From positions 32,160 to 96,159 of the forward strand of contig FLMG01003321.1 of the NCBI GenBank assembly GCA_900088475.1: DNA of 64,000 nucleotides, written 5' to 3'. Numbering within the stretch: the stretch's first letter is position 1; every line of letters starts with the position of its first letter. Origin of the DNA: Hyphochytrium catenoides. Lineage: Eukaryota; Protista; Hyphochytriomycota. A program made the position numbers and the translations under genes. Under the pieces are notes generated by a model that was given only the letters and a program-made list of their open reading frames with translations, had not been told where the DNA came from and ran no database searches. Shown in pieces: positions 63,401-64,000 of this stretch.

Positions 63401-64000
63401 CTGCTAATCAACGACGTCCTGACATCTGAGCTCACGATAAAGATTTGCTCTAGATAATGCTCAAGAGCTCGAAAAGCAGCAATAACTCTACGGCATTCAA
63501 TGCCATTCTGGAACTCTGCTGCCTGGTAAGCACTTCGGGCAGCAAATTCCTTGGACTTGAGCGCTGCATACTCATGAGGTCCGCCAGTAAGAATGATAGT
63601 TACAAAGAAGAAACCTACAACTCCCTGGAACCAGTCCGTGGAAGCGATATAGAGCAGCGCCAGGATGGTGTTAAAGGCTGGGTTCATGAAGTTCCAGAAA
63701 ATAGATTGCCAGAGAGAGTTTACTCGGGCAACGTCTGCACTGAGGAGGTTGTTAATCTCTCCCTCTGAGTTCTCCATATAATACTGCGTGCCCATGCTTA
63801 GCAACCCTCTTGTGAGTCTCATCTGGAGCTTTAAGGTGGCATCTCCACTGATCTTCGCTTGCAGATAGCCCATCACTAGGATTCCGATGAGGTTAGGGAT
63901 GCAAATTGCAATAAGCCCGATAATCCCCAGTTGCAGAGCACTTTTAGCGCTCTCGTACGCACCCTCTGACATAGGGGAAGATGATGACGAGGTCATATCT
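60457..64000 (-). CDS. ABCB-type ABC transporter (TMD-NBD), 5' end possibly outside the window; long disordered C-terminal tail
   Basis: TMD in 62700-63996. Spliced NBD: GTYNCIVGASGGGKTT (Walker A), IGVVFQ (Q-loop), LSGGQAQRICLARAL (signature), LLFLDE|ATSALD (Walker B/D-loop), ITHRL (H-switch). Introns ~62434-62703 and ~61837-62018. Confidence 0.93.

Noticed and set aside
1-64000. Alternative genetic code (TAA/TAG = Gln), suggested by TAR-interrupted frames
   Set aside because: Long conserved exons (nagA 503 aa, the 677-codon TPR exon, the ABC TMD) contain no in-frame TAR, and CSN6, eIF2B-beta and RluA end at TAA/TAG where their families end.

Overview
Eukaryotic nuclear DNA: roughly 50% GC by eye, short-to-medium GT-AG spliceosomal introns, standard genetic code, and one 66-nt assembly gap at 51838-51903. 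The gene set and intron style suggest a flagellated protist, plausibly a stramenopile (inference). Most ORF-track entries are exon fragments or antisense shadows, so genes were rebuilt by hand-splicing and internal exon borders are approximate. Bases 1-51.8 kb are gene-dense and mostly in alternating head-to-head pairs: PIG-T (partial), an orphan mitochondrial-type membrane protein, a CFAP161-calcyphosin fusion, BolA, CSN6, a SHAQKYF-class MYB, NagA, eIF2B-beta, a ~15-kb Rav1/DMXL gene, a TPR/IQ protein, a hypothetical gene, an RluA pseudouridine synthase, a UFD1-like zinc-finger protein and PIRH2/RCHY1. After the gap lies a gene-poor island of decayed coding relics, flanked by two intronless, outward-facing Cys-rich secretory genes and followed by an ABCB-type transporter (partial). 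The most notable observations are four: (1) the V-ATPase assembly scaffold Rav1/DMXL appears to carry PDZ, DEP and C2 modules; (2) a type I membrane protein has four W-x11-C..CxC repeats with covarying cysteines and sits across the island from a small secreted 10-Cys protein, a speculative ligand/receptor locus; (3) the RluA enzyme has an N-terminal domain resembling the tRNA-binding Add1 domain of ArgRS; (4) a CCGCTAAC(CGC) motif is shared by several promoters.
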